From a virus (taxonomy: Duplodnaviria; Heunggongvirae; Uroviricota; Caudoviricetes): a DNA stretch of 64,000 nucleotides. The DNA is taken from the IMG/VR virus record IMGVR_UViG_3300028585_000514; one strand, given 5' to 3'. The notes below the pieces were generated by a model. It saw nothing but the letters and a program-made list of their open reading frames with translations, was not told the origin of the DNA and did no database searches. Shown piece after piece: positions 46,379-55,558 of the stretch; position 1 is the first letter of the stretch; each line of letters begins with the position of its first letter. The position numbers and the translations under genes were made by a program.

Positions 46379-48094
46379 ATGACTTTAATTCTTTTACTTT
46401 TCTTAGCAGCACTCTCGCTAGAAGGTATTGGAACTTACATTTCAGTCATTGGCTTGGCAGCGACATTCGCTGCCGATCCCATCATTCTGACAATGGCCGT
46501 AGTTCTAGACTTCTGCAAAATCATCTCAGTAAACACCCTTGCAAAATCGTGGCCTCGACTGACTAAAACAGTTCGTACCTACCTTGTTGCTTCCACTCTA
46601 GTCCTTTCAATCATCACCTCGGCTGGTGTCGCTGGTTACCTTTCGAATTCGTTCCAAAAGGCCATGCTACCAACTCAAGGCAATGACATTGCGCTAGTGA
46701 GCCTAAAATCTGAACAAGAACGCCTACTTGCTCGCAAGAAGGAAATCGATACTCAGATTTCGCAGCTACCACCAAACCAAGTTCGCAGTCGTCAACGCTT
46801 GATGACCAGCTTCAAACCAGAAACTGATCACATCAATACCCGCTTGATTGCAATCGAAGCTGAACTACCAAAACTCCAAACCACCAAAGTACAAGCGCAT
46901 ACCGAAGTCGGTGCCATCATGTACCTTGCTGAAATTGCTGGCATCACTCCAGGTCAAGCCGTCGGTATCATCATTGTGATGATCATCTTCGTGTTCGACC
47001 CTATGGCGATCGTCTTCTTGATCACAGCAAATACCTTGCTACGATTCCGTAAAGAGGAGAAAGAGGAGAAGAAGCCAGAGCCAATCGTCATCGACGAGAA
47101 GGACGTGATCGATCAACCCATCGTGGATGAAGTCCTTGATCCTGAAGTCGTAGACGAACCTGAACCCGAGCCAGCTCCTTCGATTCTTGAAAAGCTTCCT
47201 GAGGTAGAAGATCAAGCAACGATCATCTATCCTGTTAAGCGCCTTCCAAACATCACGATCGACATGACCCAAGTGCCGAAATCGACGCTTGCTATAGTTG
47301 AGCCTGTTGCGGAGAAGATCAATGCTGAAGTTGTTGTTGAAGAGCCAGCAATCGAAGAACCTCCGATCATCGTTCCAGAATATGTTCCGGTAGTCGAAGA
47401 GGAAGATACGACCCCGTATCCTTTTCCGCTAGTCGCACCGACTGAAGAACGCCCAACCGAACGCTATGAGGAAGAAGTTCATGAGAGCACCGAGAAGCTA
47501 GCCAAAGCACTAGATGGCGAACCACTCGTTCTGACCTCGCCATTCGAAGGCATGGATCAACCATGGACCGAAGAGAAGATCGCTGAACTGGATGCTGCAC
47601 TTGCTCCTTATGAGACAGAGCCAGAACCGACCTTCACGACAGACGTTGAAGTTCTTCACATTGGCGAACCAACTCCGATGCCGCTTGAAGAAGGAATGGA
47701 ACTACTCAAGCAAGCTCTCGATCCAATTCGCAATGAACTTGCTGCTAAGGAAGAAGAACCACATCTCGAAGAAGTGCTTCGTGAAATCCTTGCTGACAAA
47801 GAAGGTCCACTGACCGATGAAGAACGTATTCGTCTTGATCGCGCATTAGATCGAATCTTTGCGAATGATCCTCAAAGGGAACACTCAGACGAGCCAGAAG
47901 ACGAGGAAGCTGAAGATCATCAGCCAGTCGCCGAAAACGTCCCTGACGCCGTTCCTACCGAGCCTGAAGTTCAATACGCCCCGTCCACCCTGGACAATCC
48001 AAACCTAGACTCCGTCAAAGGTTCAGGCGTTCAATACGTAGGCCCAGTATTTGTCAACCCGACAGTGCTGGAAACCTACGCTGCAAAATCGTAA
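46379..48094 (+). CDS. membrane protein with coiled coil and long acidic Pro/Glu-rich tail
   Basis: N-terminal TMs (S+.GL..F, ITSAG+AGYLS), IIFVFDPMA TM, ~350-aa E/P/D-rich tail. Confidence 0.8.
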   Translation: MTLILLLFLAALSLEGIGTYISVIGLAATFAADPIILTMAVVLDFCKIISVNTLAKSWPRLTKTVRTYLVASTLVLSIITSAGVAGYLSNSFQKAMLPTQGNDIALVSLKSEQERLLARKKEIDTQISQLPPNQVRSRQRLMTSFKPETDHINTRLIAIEAELPKLQTTKVQAHTEVGAIMYLAEIAGITPGQAVGIIIVMIIFVFDPMAIVFLITANTLLRFRKEEKEEKKPEPIVIDEKDVIDQPIVDEVLDPEVVDEPEPEPAPSILEKLPEVEDQATIIYPVKRLPNITIDMTQVPKSTLAIVEPVAEKINAEVVVEEPAIEEPPIIVPEYVPVVEEEDTTPYPFPLVAPTEERPTERYEEEVHESTEKLAKALDGEPLVLTSPFEGMDQPWTEEKIAELDAALAPYETEPEPTFTTDVEVLHIGEPTPMPLEEGMELLKQALDPIRNELAAKEEEPHLEEVLREILADKEGPLTDEERIRLDRALDRIFANDPQREHSDEPEDEEAEDHQPVAENVPDAVPTEPEVQYAPSTLDNPNLDSVKGSGVQYVGPVFVNPTVLETYAAKS

Positions 48095-48169
48095 TTCCTC
48101 CAAACTGGCGTAGTACAATTTCAACTCGAAGTTGTGCTACGCTTCTACAAAACAAAAATAATAATCCAA

Positions 48170-48613
48170 ATGGCAAATACTAACGTAGATGTACCATACA
48201 TTGTGGTCGTATCCACTAACATGTATGCAGGCAGTTTTGAACGCGATATGACTGCGTATTGCACCGGCTCTTATGGTGAATGCGGAGTTGGCGACGACCA
48301 AGCCGAGCTCTTCCGTGAAGAAACTTCCGAAGAAATCCAAGCGTTATTTGAAGACGCCTTGTCACAACAACCGGATGATCGTGGCTGCCACCGTCCATGT
48401 TCGATCTGGAACCTAGGCAAGAACACTGGCTACAACGATGTTGCTATGTTCTTTGACTGTGAAGTAACGCAGCAAATGCTGGAAGCCATCAAAGACCGTG
48501 CTGTTGAATTCTCCAAGGAAGGCAGATACAACGGTAAAATGCAAATCAAATCAGTCACGCTGATTGGTCGTACGGTAACCACCGTCGACACCATCCTCTC
48601 CACCCTCAAGTAA
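48170..48613 (+). CDS. hypothetical protein
   Basis: YAGSFERDM.AYCTG..GECGVG. Confidence 0.7.
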   Translation: MANTNVDVPYIVVVSTNMYAGSFERDMTAYCTGSYGECGVGDDQAELFREETSEEIQALFEDALSQQPDDRGCHRPCSIWNLGKNTGYNDVAMFFDCEVTQQMLEAIKDRAVEFSKEGRYNGKMQIKSVTLIGRTVTTVDTILSTLK

Positions 48614-48647
48614 CACCCTCACTTTTCACTCCTTACTTTACACACCT

Positions 48648-49571
48648 ATGTCTAAGATCAAACAATTGTGGGTGCGCAAGCACGCTCCTAAATCGCTGTC
48701 CGAAGTCGTCTTCCAAAACGAAACTCAAAAGCGCAAGTTCATGAAGTACCTAAGCGATGGTGAGTTCCCGCATCTGCTTTTGTCTGGTGTGCAAGGTTCG
48801 GGTAAATCGACTATCTCGAACGCGTTGGTCAATGACTTCAACATTGAAAAGATGGATGTCATGCGTATCAACGCTTCGAAAGAAAACAGCGTCGACACCA
48901 TGCGTGAAAAGATTTCGAACTTCGTTCAGACCTTCGCGACAAGCAAGTTCAAAGTCGTTCAGCTCGAAGAGATGGATGGCCTGTCCCATGCTGCACAAGC
49001 TGCACTGCGCGTGATCATGGAAGACTACTCGGACTATGTCCGCTTTATCGGCACCTGCAACTACGCAAACAAGATCATCCCCGCGCTGAAGTCGCGTATG
49101 ACTCACTACGAGTTCAAAGCGCCTTCGTTCGAAGACACCGCAGTCCTGGTCGCCACGATCCTCGTCACCGAAGGCGTCGACTTTGAACCTGAACTGCTCG
49201 AGAAGTACATTGCCGCATCGTACCCAGACATTCGCGCGCTGATCAATGCGGTGCAAGACAATTCGGAAGGCGGCAAGCTGACTGAACCAGAATCGGTCAA
49301 CGGCTCTGACTACAAGTTCCAAATTCTCGATATGCTGGAAGCCGGCGACATCCGAGGCATTCGCAAGCTGGTCTGCGAGAACGTTGGTCGCGAAGAGTAC
49401 GAAGAAGTATACCGCTTCATGTACGAAAACATCCACAAGTGCAAAGGCTTCGATGCAGACAGCAACGAAGCAGCAATCGTCCTGATCGCCGACTATCTGT
49501 ACCGCCATGCGGTCATGGCTGATCCCGAGATCAACTTCGCCGCGCTGTGCTACAAACTGGTGAAGCTGTAA
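48648..49571 (+). CDS. gp44: clamp loader large subunit (gp44/RFC-like)
   Basis: LWV.K.AP, PHLLLSG..GSGKST, INAS, EEMDGL, AQAALR, TCNY..KIIPALKSR. Confidence 0.93.
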   Translation: MSKIKQLWVRKHAPKSLSEVVFQNETQKRKFMKYLSDGEFPHLLLSGVQGSGKSTISNALVNDFNIEKMDVMRINASKENSVDTMREKISNFVQTFATSKFKVVQLEEMDGLSHAAQAALRVIMEDYSDYVRFIGTCNYANKIIPALKSRMTHYEFKAPSFEDTAVLVATILVTEGVDFEPELLEKYIAASYPDIRALINAVQDNSEGGKLTEPESVNGSDYKFQILDMLEAGDIRGIRKLVCENVGREEYEEVYRFMYENIHKCKGFDADSNEAAIVLIADYLYRHAVMADPEINFAALCYKLVKL

Positions 49572-49574
49572 TCT

Positions 49575-50192
49575 ATGTCACGCGAACAATGCACCTATGA
49601 ACGTGTACTTCGCGATGTGGCTGAACATCAACTGACTGTCATTCGTGATGATGATGTTCACCGTCATATTCGTCTCTCGCGTCCAGGCTCATCCGACTAT
49701 TACTTCGACATCATCACATGGCCAGGCAATCTGATCATCAGCGGCGATATGGGTGCATACTCATTCAATCGTCTCACTGATATGTTCGAGTTCTTCCGAC
49801 ATGAAGGCGGCTTCATTAATCCTGGCTATTGGGCTGAGAAGTTGACGTCGGCCGGTCGTGAAGGTTACGAAGAATTCGACGGCGATCGAACGCGTGAAGT
49901 CATCGAGCAGTATTACAATGAATGGCTCGAAGAGAATGGCCTCACCAAAGAAGAGGACATGGAAGGCAACGAAATCTGGGGTGAGATTAAGCGAGAAATC
50001 CTGGACTACATCGATGCCGGTGATGAACACCGTGCCTTGACTGGCCTCTACGACTTCAACTACGAAGACTTTGAATTCACCGACATCTTCGAGTACCGGA
50101 TGAAGCGGTACACCTTCCACTACATCTGGAACTGCTACGCAATCGTGTGGGCAATCGAACAATACGACAAATACAAGAAGAACAATGGCTAA
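49575..50192 (+). CDS. hypothetical phage protein
   Basis: FDIITWPG.L.ISGDMG.Y.F.RL.DMFEFFR, INPGYWAEKL. Confidence 0.75.
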   Translation: MSREQCTYERVLRDVAEHQLTVIRDDDVHRHIRLSRPGSSDYYFDIITWPGNLIISGDMGAYSFNRLTDMFEFFRHEGGFINPGYWAEKLTSAGREGYEEFDGDRTREVIEQYYNEWLEENGLTKEEDMEGNEIWGEIKREILDYIDAGDEHRALTGLYDFNYEDFEFTDIFEYRMKRYTFHYIWNCYAIVWAIEQYDKYKKNNG

Positions 50193-50646
50193 AGAATTCG
50201 CACTAGACATCTTCCACTTGCTCGGCCAAATCGACAAGAAGGACACGATGTTCTACAGCAAGCTTACCGATGAACAGCGCAAGGCATACAGTCCACTTGT
50301 GTCCATGCGTTGGATGTCTGGCACTAACGATGAACGCCAAATCATTTACTTGAATGAGCTGGTCAATCGTTTCGTGTTCAACATCGGCGAGCACAAGGAA
50401 CTGCTGTACAAACTTCAATGCGCCGCAAGCTCCGGCACTCCACGCCGCTACAATTGGATGGCCGCCAAGACTGCTGCCAATAAGAAGAACAAAGGCCTAG
50501 ACATCGTCATGCAATACTGCGACTATGGCGTTCGTGAAGCAAAGTCGGTGATGCCGCTTCTCGGCAGCGAAGACATCCTCGCGATGGCTGAAGAGCTTGG
50601 TTTCCAAAAAGAAGAACTGGCTAAGCTCAAGAAGGATTTGAAGTAA
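50185..50646 (+). CDS. gp62: probable clamp loader small subunit (gp62-like)
   Basis: YSP++.MRWMS, N..N, W+, +.QY.DYG.REA; near gp44. Confidence 0.65.
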   Translation: MAKEFALDIFHLLGQIDKKDTMFYSKLTDEQRKAYSPLVSMRWMSGTNDERQIIYLNELVNRFVFNIGEHKELLYKLQCAASSGTPRRYNWMAAKTAANKKNKGLDIVMQYCDYGVREAKSVMPLLGSEDILAMAEELGFQKEELAKLKKDLK

Positions 50647-51041
50647 TGGTCAAGAAATATCGCCCTCCAAAGCGTAAGGTCGTCACTCCACCGTTGGATG
50701 AAACCCAATGGCAGTTCAAAAAGGGCATTGCTGCGATCCAAACTGCAATCGGCGCTCTTCAGCAACAGCTTGACACTGAACTCGAGAAGTGTCCTCATGC
50801 AATCGCGTATGAGGTCGAATACTCCGCTTGGTGTGAGATTTGCGGTGAAGATTTCGGATGGCACTGTCCAGTAAGTCCAGATCACGCTTGCCATTACTAC
50901 TCGGAACGAAGTGCGCCCGGCATGGAGCCAATCGTCAAACTCAACAATGGCGGCATTGCTTACCTATCATCCGACTACGAAGGTGATTGGGAGACTGACG
51001 ACTGCTGCATCTTCTGTCACCAGCCAAACGAAAGAAAATAA
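50646..51041 (+). CDS. Cys-rich hypothetical protein
   Basis: CPH, CEICG, WHCP.SPDH.CHY, CIFCHQP.ERK. Confidence 0.7.
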   Translation: MVKKYRPPKRKVVTPPLDETQWQFKKGIAAIQTAIGALQQQLDTELEKCPHAIAYEVEYSAWCEICGEDFGWHCPVSPDHACHYYSERSAPGMEPIVKLNNGGIAYLSSDYEGDWETDDCCIFCHQPNERK

Positions 51042-51044
51042 TCC

Positions 51045-51713
51045 ATGGCATATGAATGCAAGTTCTGTTTGAAGAACTTCGTACGCGAAGGCTCCTTCAT
51101 GAAACACCGTTGCGCCGAGATGAAGCGTGCGGAAGACATCGGTACCACGTCCGGCCAAGCAGCTTATGCTGCCTATGCATCTTGGATGCGGGCAATGAAC
51201 CGTAAGGTCCCACCAATCGAAACGTTCTCGACTTCGCGGTACTTCAACACGATGGTCAAATTTGTTGAATGGTGCTGGAAGGTTAAGCTACCATCAATGG
51301 AGAACTTCATCAAGCTGATGGTGTCGAGGAACTTGTCGCCTATGCTGTGGTGCCGCGATGAATGCTACTCGCTGTATCTGGAATGGATCGACCGAACGTC
51401 CGACCCGCTGGACCAAGCAGCCATCACTATCGATACGCTTTACAAGATGGCCGATGCTGCTGAGATGACGGTTGGTGACGTGTTTGGCCTGATTACTCAC
51501 AGGGAAGTGATGCAGCTCATCAGGCAACGTTTGTTGAGCCCATGGCTATTGCTTTGCTCCAGACGATTCAAAACGTTCCTGACGGCGCTAGAGCCACTCG
51601 ACAAAGACGAATTGATGTCATTGATCAACTACAGCTATTGGGCTGAGAAGTTCGATGCCAATCCAAAGATCGTCGAACAAATGAAACTACTGGCCGGAGA
51701 GATGGGCATATGA
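51045..51713 (+). CDS. C2H2-like zinc-finger hypothetical protein
   Basis: YECKFC.K.F......KHRC N-terminus. Confidence 0.75.
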   Translation: MAYECKFCLKNFVREGSFMKHRCAEMKRAEDIGTTSGQAAYAAYASWMRAMNRKVPPIETFSTSRYFNTMVKFVEWCWKVKLPSMENFIKLMVSRNLSPMLWCRDECYSLYLEWIDRTSDPLDQAAITIDTLYKMADAAEMTVGDVFGLITHREVMQLIRQRLLSPWLLLCSRRFKTFLTALEPLDKDELMSLINYSYWAEKFDANPKIVEQMKLLAGEMGI

Positions 51714-52045
51714 TTGAAATATCGCAAGACACGATCGATGACGTACATGAAGTGCTTGGTGTGCTAAGCGATGGCATTGCTGGTGATTTGGAAGTTCAAG
51801 ACACCATTGCAAAGGTACGTGAAAGCTTGCCCCAGCCGTCATGGTTCTCAACAGATGATGAGCCGCGCAAAGGTGAGCGATCGGCACACCAAATTGCGTA
51901 TAGCATTTTGCAAGATCATTTGATCAGTGAGGACGAATGCAACAGCGTCGACTTCGAAGTGATCTATGGTCGCAAGACGTTGATGGAACTACTAGAGGAA
52001 ATCGAAAGGCGCGTCAGCAGCTATGAAGTACTACCATGGCAGTAA
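51710..52045 (+). CDS. hypothetical protein
   Basis: ATGA overlap. Confidence 0.6.
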   Translation: MIEISQDTIDDVHEVLGVLSDGIAGDLEVQDTIAKVRESLPQPSWFSTDDEPRKGERSAHQIAYSILQDHLISEDECNSVDFEVIYGRKTLMELLEEIERRVSSYEVLPWQ

Positions 52046-52421
52046 TGCCGATTACGATTTCCCATCGATTGAAGTCATACAGTCAGCAACAGAAGATAGT
52101 GATGTAGCAGCAAAAGCGGTGGTTGGCTATTACGTTACTCCAATGCGCGACTTTGCCGAGCGCATTGGAAAGTACGTATACGAAATAGTGCTCAAAGAAG
52201 ATGCAGTTGTAGAGGACCTTACTCTGTCGAACATGGTCTCAATCTATGAACGAGAAAATGCTCTGTTGGAGTGGGATGATCAAGCCAAGAATTATAAAAA
52301 GCTTCGACTTGAATACCTGGCAAAAGGCGTTGATATGGTAAGCATCATCGAACATAATGGCACTTCCGGAGAAAGCTTTATCGTCAACCTCGACGCAATC
52401 GCCACCTTTACAAAACTATGA
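52023..52421 (+). CDS. putative ADP-ribosyltransferase fold (H-Y-E type)
   Basis: YYHGS, GYYVT....AE..G, VYE+.L, L..GVD.+, E.F++N. Confidence 0.55.
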   Translation: MKYYHGSNADYDFPSIEVIQSATEDSDVAAKAVVGYYVTPMRDFAERIGKYVYEIVLKEDAVVEDLTLSNMVSIYERENALLEWDDQAKNYKKLRLEYLAKGVDMVSIIEHNGTSGESFIVNLDAIATFTKL

Positions 52422-53065
52422 TGATTGAACAACTACTTGATGCTCTGCCAAATGGCTCAACCTTGTATCCGTACGGGTCCCGAGTCTACGGTACAACAAC
52501 AGAAAACTCCGATCACGATTTTCAAATCATCCTCGCAGATAAAGACTTTAAGCGAGAAGATTGGCGCAATGAACTTGCCGCAACTGGGCTTGATCTTCAT
52601 GTGTGGAGCCATTCACAATGGGTGGATGCTTTGAACGATCATCGAGTGTATGCGTTGGAATGCTTTTACCTTCCTAAGGATAAGCAAATCAATAATTCGC
52701 TACACCTAGTCCATAAAATGAACACTATGAAATTCGGCTTCACTCTCAACAAAGCAAAGCTTCGTGAGGAGTTCTCGCGCGTGGCCTCGAACTCTTGGGT
52801 GAAGGCAAAGAAGAAGCTGATAGTTGAAGCAGACTACAACGAACGCATCGCTAAGAAGAGCATCTTCCATTCATTCCGCATCCTGGATTTCGGCGTGCAA
52901 ATTGCTACTAAAGGCCGCATCGTGGATTACAATTCAATGAATGGTATCTACTATGAAATCATGAGTCTTCCTGCTGATTGGGAGACGATTGACGCAACAC
53001 TAAGAGGACGACACAATGCTCTAGCGTCAGAGTTTCGAAATGTGTGTCCCAAGGAAAAGATATGA
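52418..53065 (+). CDS. Pol-beta-superfamily nucleotidyltransferase
   Basis: YGSRVYGT...SDHDF, KKS+FHS.R+L.F..Q+. Confidence 0.85.
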   Translation: MMIEQLLDALPNGSTLYPYGSRVYGTTTENSDHDFQIILADKDFKREDWRNELAATGLDLHVWSHSQWVDALNDHRVYALECFYLPKDKQINNSLHLVHKMNTMKFGFTLNKAKLREEFSRVASNSWVKAKKKLIVEADYNERIAKKSIFHSFRILDFGVQIATKGRIVDYNSMNGIYYEIMSLPADWETIDATLRGRHNALASEFRNVCPKEKI

Positions 53066-53271
53066 GATGGGATAACTACCAAACTCGCTTCGCTAAAAGA
53101 CTTGCTAAGGTGAATTTCTGGCATTTGTATTTTGCTTGTTATCCAATTGAAATCAGTGGCCGGATATACTGGTTGGAAAAGATTTGGCGCAAAGGTCGCG
53201 AAGATCGATTCCGAAATGAAATCAACTACGATTACCGCGCATTGGAGGATGATCCATATGCCAAAGTTTAA
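53062..53271 (+). CDS. hypothetical protein
   Basis: ATGA overlap. Confidence 0.55.
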   Translation: MRWDNYQTRFAKRLAKVNFWHLYFACYPIEISGRIYWLEKIWRKGREDRFRNEINYDYRALEDDPYAKV

Positions 53272-53581
53272 TCCAGTTGGTGCGGTCGATCCATACCAGA
53301 ATACGTACAAACCTTTGTGGGCAGTGTATGGCATCGCTGCCTCGTATCCTCAAATGCGCGCACTGTGTCTGAACGAAATCAATGGCACTGTCAATGTTTG
53401 GGGTTACAGCGTTTACCAACGCAAGCCCGGTTATCGCACCGATGGCATTGCTCTGTGTGTTTGGATTGAACGAAATCGAGGCAAGGACTTTGAACCAACG
53501 TTCTTTGACTCTTTGCCTAACGCATTAGACTATATGCGACAGCTGATGGAACCGAAATGCGAGCCGCTTAAGCAACGTTGA
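53258..53581 (+). CDS. hypothetical protein
   Basis: SD GGAGG before ATG 53258. Confidence 0.6.
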   Translation: MPKFNPVGAVDPYQNTYKPLWAVYGIAASYPQMRALCLNEINGTVNVWGYSVYQRKPGYRTDGIALCVWIERNRGKDFEPTFFDSLPNALDYMRQLMEPKCEPLKQR

Positions 53582-53655
53582 TTTTTCACACGTGGGGTAT
53601 AAATATCTATGATCGTTTTGATCAATACAATTTATCCCACTCATTGGAGGTTATC

Positions 53656-53811
53656 ATGTCTGCTGGTAAAAAAGAACATCGCCTAGAATCCAACATCGAG
53701 CAGTTGAACGAAATCATCAACACGCTCGTGGAAGAAAACCACATGCTTAAGGTATTGCTACAGCAGTACCAAGGAACAACCTCCAATGGTCAAAAACGAA
53801 AAAAGAACTAA
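53656..53811 (+). CDS. small coiled-coil late protein
   Basis: TATAAATA at 53598-53605, SD GGAGG. Confidence 0.6.
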   Translation: MSAGKKEHRLESNIEQLNEIINTLVEENHMLKVLLQQYQGTTSNGQKRKKN

Positions 53812-53835
53812 TCATCTTTCACAGGAGAGATTGAC

Positions 53836-54414
53836 ATAGATATCGATATTGACTTGCGATCGGATACGCCGATCGCTAAGATTTTCTCTCACTGGCCTCT
53901 TGCAATGCAGGTCGTCAATAACCGAGCTATGAAACACCCTTGCGGAATCTACCCGCAAGCGATCCCAACCGATCCGTTAACCGGCTTTGCAGCTATCCCT
54001 CACCGAGAAGCTGCAACGCTGGGTTACTTCAAGATCGACATGCTTCATAACTCTGTCTACAACCACTTCGAGTCCAAAGCTGAAATCGACGCTCTACTCG
54101 AACTCGACCCACCTTGGGAACTCCTCCGCTCCGCTTCAATCGTCAAGCAACTGTTTCAAATCTCTAAGCACTTCGACCTCATCAAACAACTCCAGCCAAA
54201 ATCAGTCAGTGACCTTGCTGATGCGATTGCGTTGATCCGTCCCGGTAAACGCCACATGGTTGAGAAGTATTTGACCCATAAGGAACAAGTTCGAGCGCTG
54301 CTTTACGATTACACCGCTGAGGACTATTCGTTTAAGAAAGGCCACGCGATCGCCTACGCCCAAGTCATTGTTCTTCAGCTTCACCTAATTTCATTAGGCG
54401 TGGACATCGAATAA
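53836..54414 (+). CDS. dnaE: DNA polymerase III alpha-like catalytic piece of a split gene
   Basis: DIDID catalytic motif, KHPCGIY, GYFKIDML, ALIRPG, YSFKKGHAIAY; start inferred at ATA 53836. Confidence 0.85.
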   Translation: MDIDIDLRSDTPIAKIFSHWPLAMQVVNNRAMKHPCGIYPQAIPTDPLTGFAAIPHREAATLGYFKIDMLHNSVYNHFESKAEIDALLELDPPWELLRSASIVKQLFQISKHFDLIKQLQPKSVSDLADAIALIRPGKRHMVEKYLTHKEQVRALLYDYTAEDYSFKKGHAIAYAQVIVLQLHLISLGVDIE

Positions 54415-54438
54415 CACCATACCAAAAAAAAGAATAAT

Positions 54439-55461
54439 ATGGAACACGAAAGAAAAGATTTGCAGGGTCGCACGACTCTGTTCAAGACCATGTTCGGGTC
54501 CCGCCTCTACGGCACGAACACTCCGCAATCGGACATCGACTGGAAGGAAATCTTCCTTCCAAAGAAGAGCATGCTCCTCACTGGCCGTCAAGTGCGTAAC
54601 GTCGTCATCACTACTGGTGGTGACAAGACTCGCAACACCAAAGACGATGTCGATCAAGAATTCATCCCAATCCAAATCTTCGCCAAAGACTTCATCGGCG
54701 GTCAAACCTATGCCGTCGAACTTGCCTTTGCTGTTCTAGCCGAGGAGCACTCAGCAGGCCAGGAAGTGTATGACCTACAGTTCTTGGATTTCGTTCACGA
54801 GTTGTCTGAGAAGTTCCTGACTTCGAACATCAAAGCGATGATCGGCTATGCAATGAACCAAGCACAAATCTACGGCATCAAAGGTACGCGTCTGGCCTCC
54901 GTCCGTAAGTTCACTGATAAGCTTCGCGAAGAAGTCGCTATGGGCCACTATCGCCTTGACGACAAACTCGACGTGATCGATCCGTGGTTGATCGGCAACG
55001 AAGACAAGTACTTGTTCAAGACTACGTACGAGAACATGGACAAGAAGCATCCTGGCGTTAGTGTGCTAGAGAAGGTGTACCCATATTCGATCACGATCGA
55101 AGAAGCGATCCAACGCACTGAAGTCCTCATGAGCAAGTATGGTTCACGCGCTGCTGAAGCTGAGGCTGCAAATGGCATGGATTGGAAGGCAACGAGTCAC
55201 GCCATCCGCATCACTCAACAAGCAATCAAACTGCTACGTGAGCATCGTCTTCAGTTCCCATTCCCTAAAGAGAATGTCGAACAACTGCTATCCATCAAGC
55301 GAGGCGAACGCAGTGTTGATGAAGTGAAAACGTTGCTTGAGTCGTTGATGGACGAACTTGATCAAGTCAAAGACACTACAACCCTACCTTCGCGTGATGT
55401 GAAGATGGAGCAAGAGTTCGATGAATGGCTCGAAGAATGGATGCAACGCTTCTACGCGTAA
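54439..55461 (+). CDS. nucleotidyltransferase (T4 NrdC.11-like)
   Basis: FGSRLYGTNTPQSDID, GYA..QA..YG+KG.R, DWKA.SHA+R, LL.IKRG. Confidence 0.85.
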   Translation: MEHERKDLQGRTTLFKTMFGSRLYGTNTPQSDIDWKEIFLPKKSMLLTGRQVRNVVITTGGDKTRNTKDDVDQEFIPIQIFAKDFIGGQTYAVELAFAVLAEEHSAGQEVYDLQFLDFVHELSEKFLTSNIKAMIGYAMNQAQIYGIKGTRLASVRKFTDKLREEVAMGHYRLDDKLDVIDPWLIGNEDKYLFKTTYENMDKKHPGVSVLEKVYPYSITIEEAIQRTEVLMSKYGSRAAEAEAANGMDWKATSHAIRITQQAIKLLREHRLQFPFPKENVEQLLSIKRGERSVDEVKTLLESLMDELDQVKDTTTLPSRDVKMEQEFDEWLEEWMQRFYA

Positions 55462-55558
55462 TCTGTATCTTTTAAGTCACAGCAAAATAGTTGTTTACAC
55501 ATGAAACCTTCTTGAGTTATAGTTGCAACATCAGCTAAAACTTAATGGAGGTTTCAAA

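Noticed and set aside
53786-53811. A-AAA-AAG slippery site as a route into the DnaE frame
   Set aside because: Shifting into the DnaE frame there meets TAA at 53809; shifting out of it ends at nearby stops
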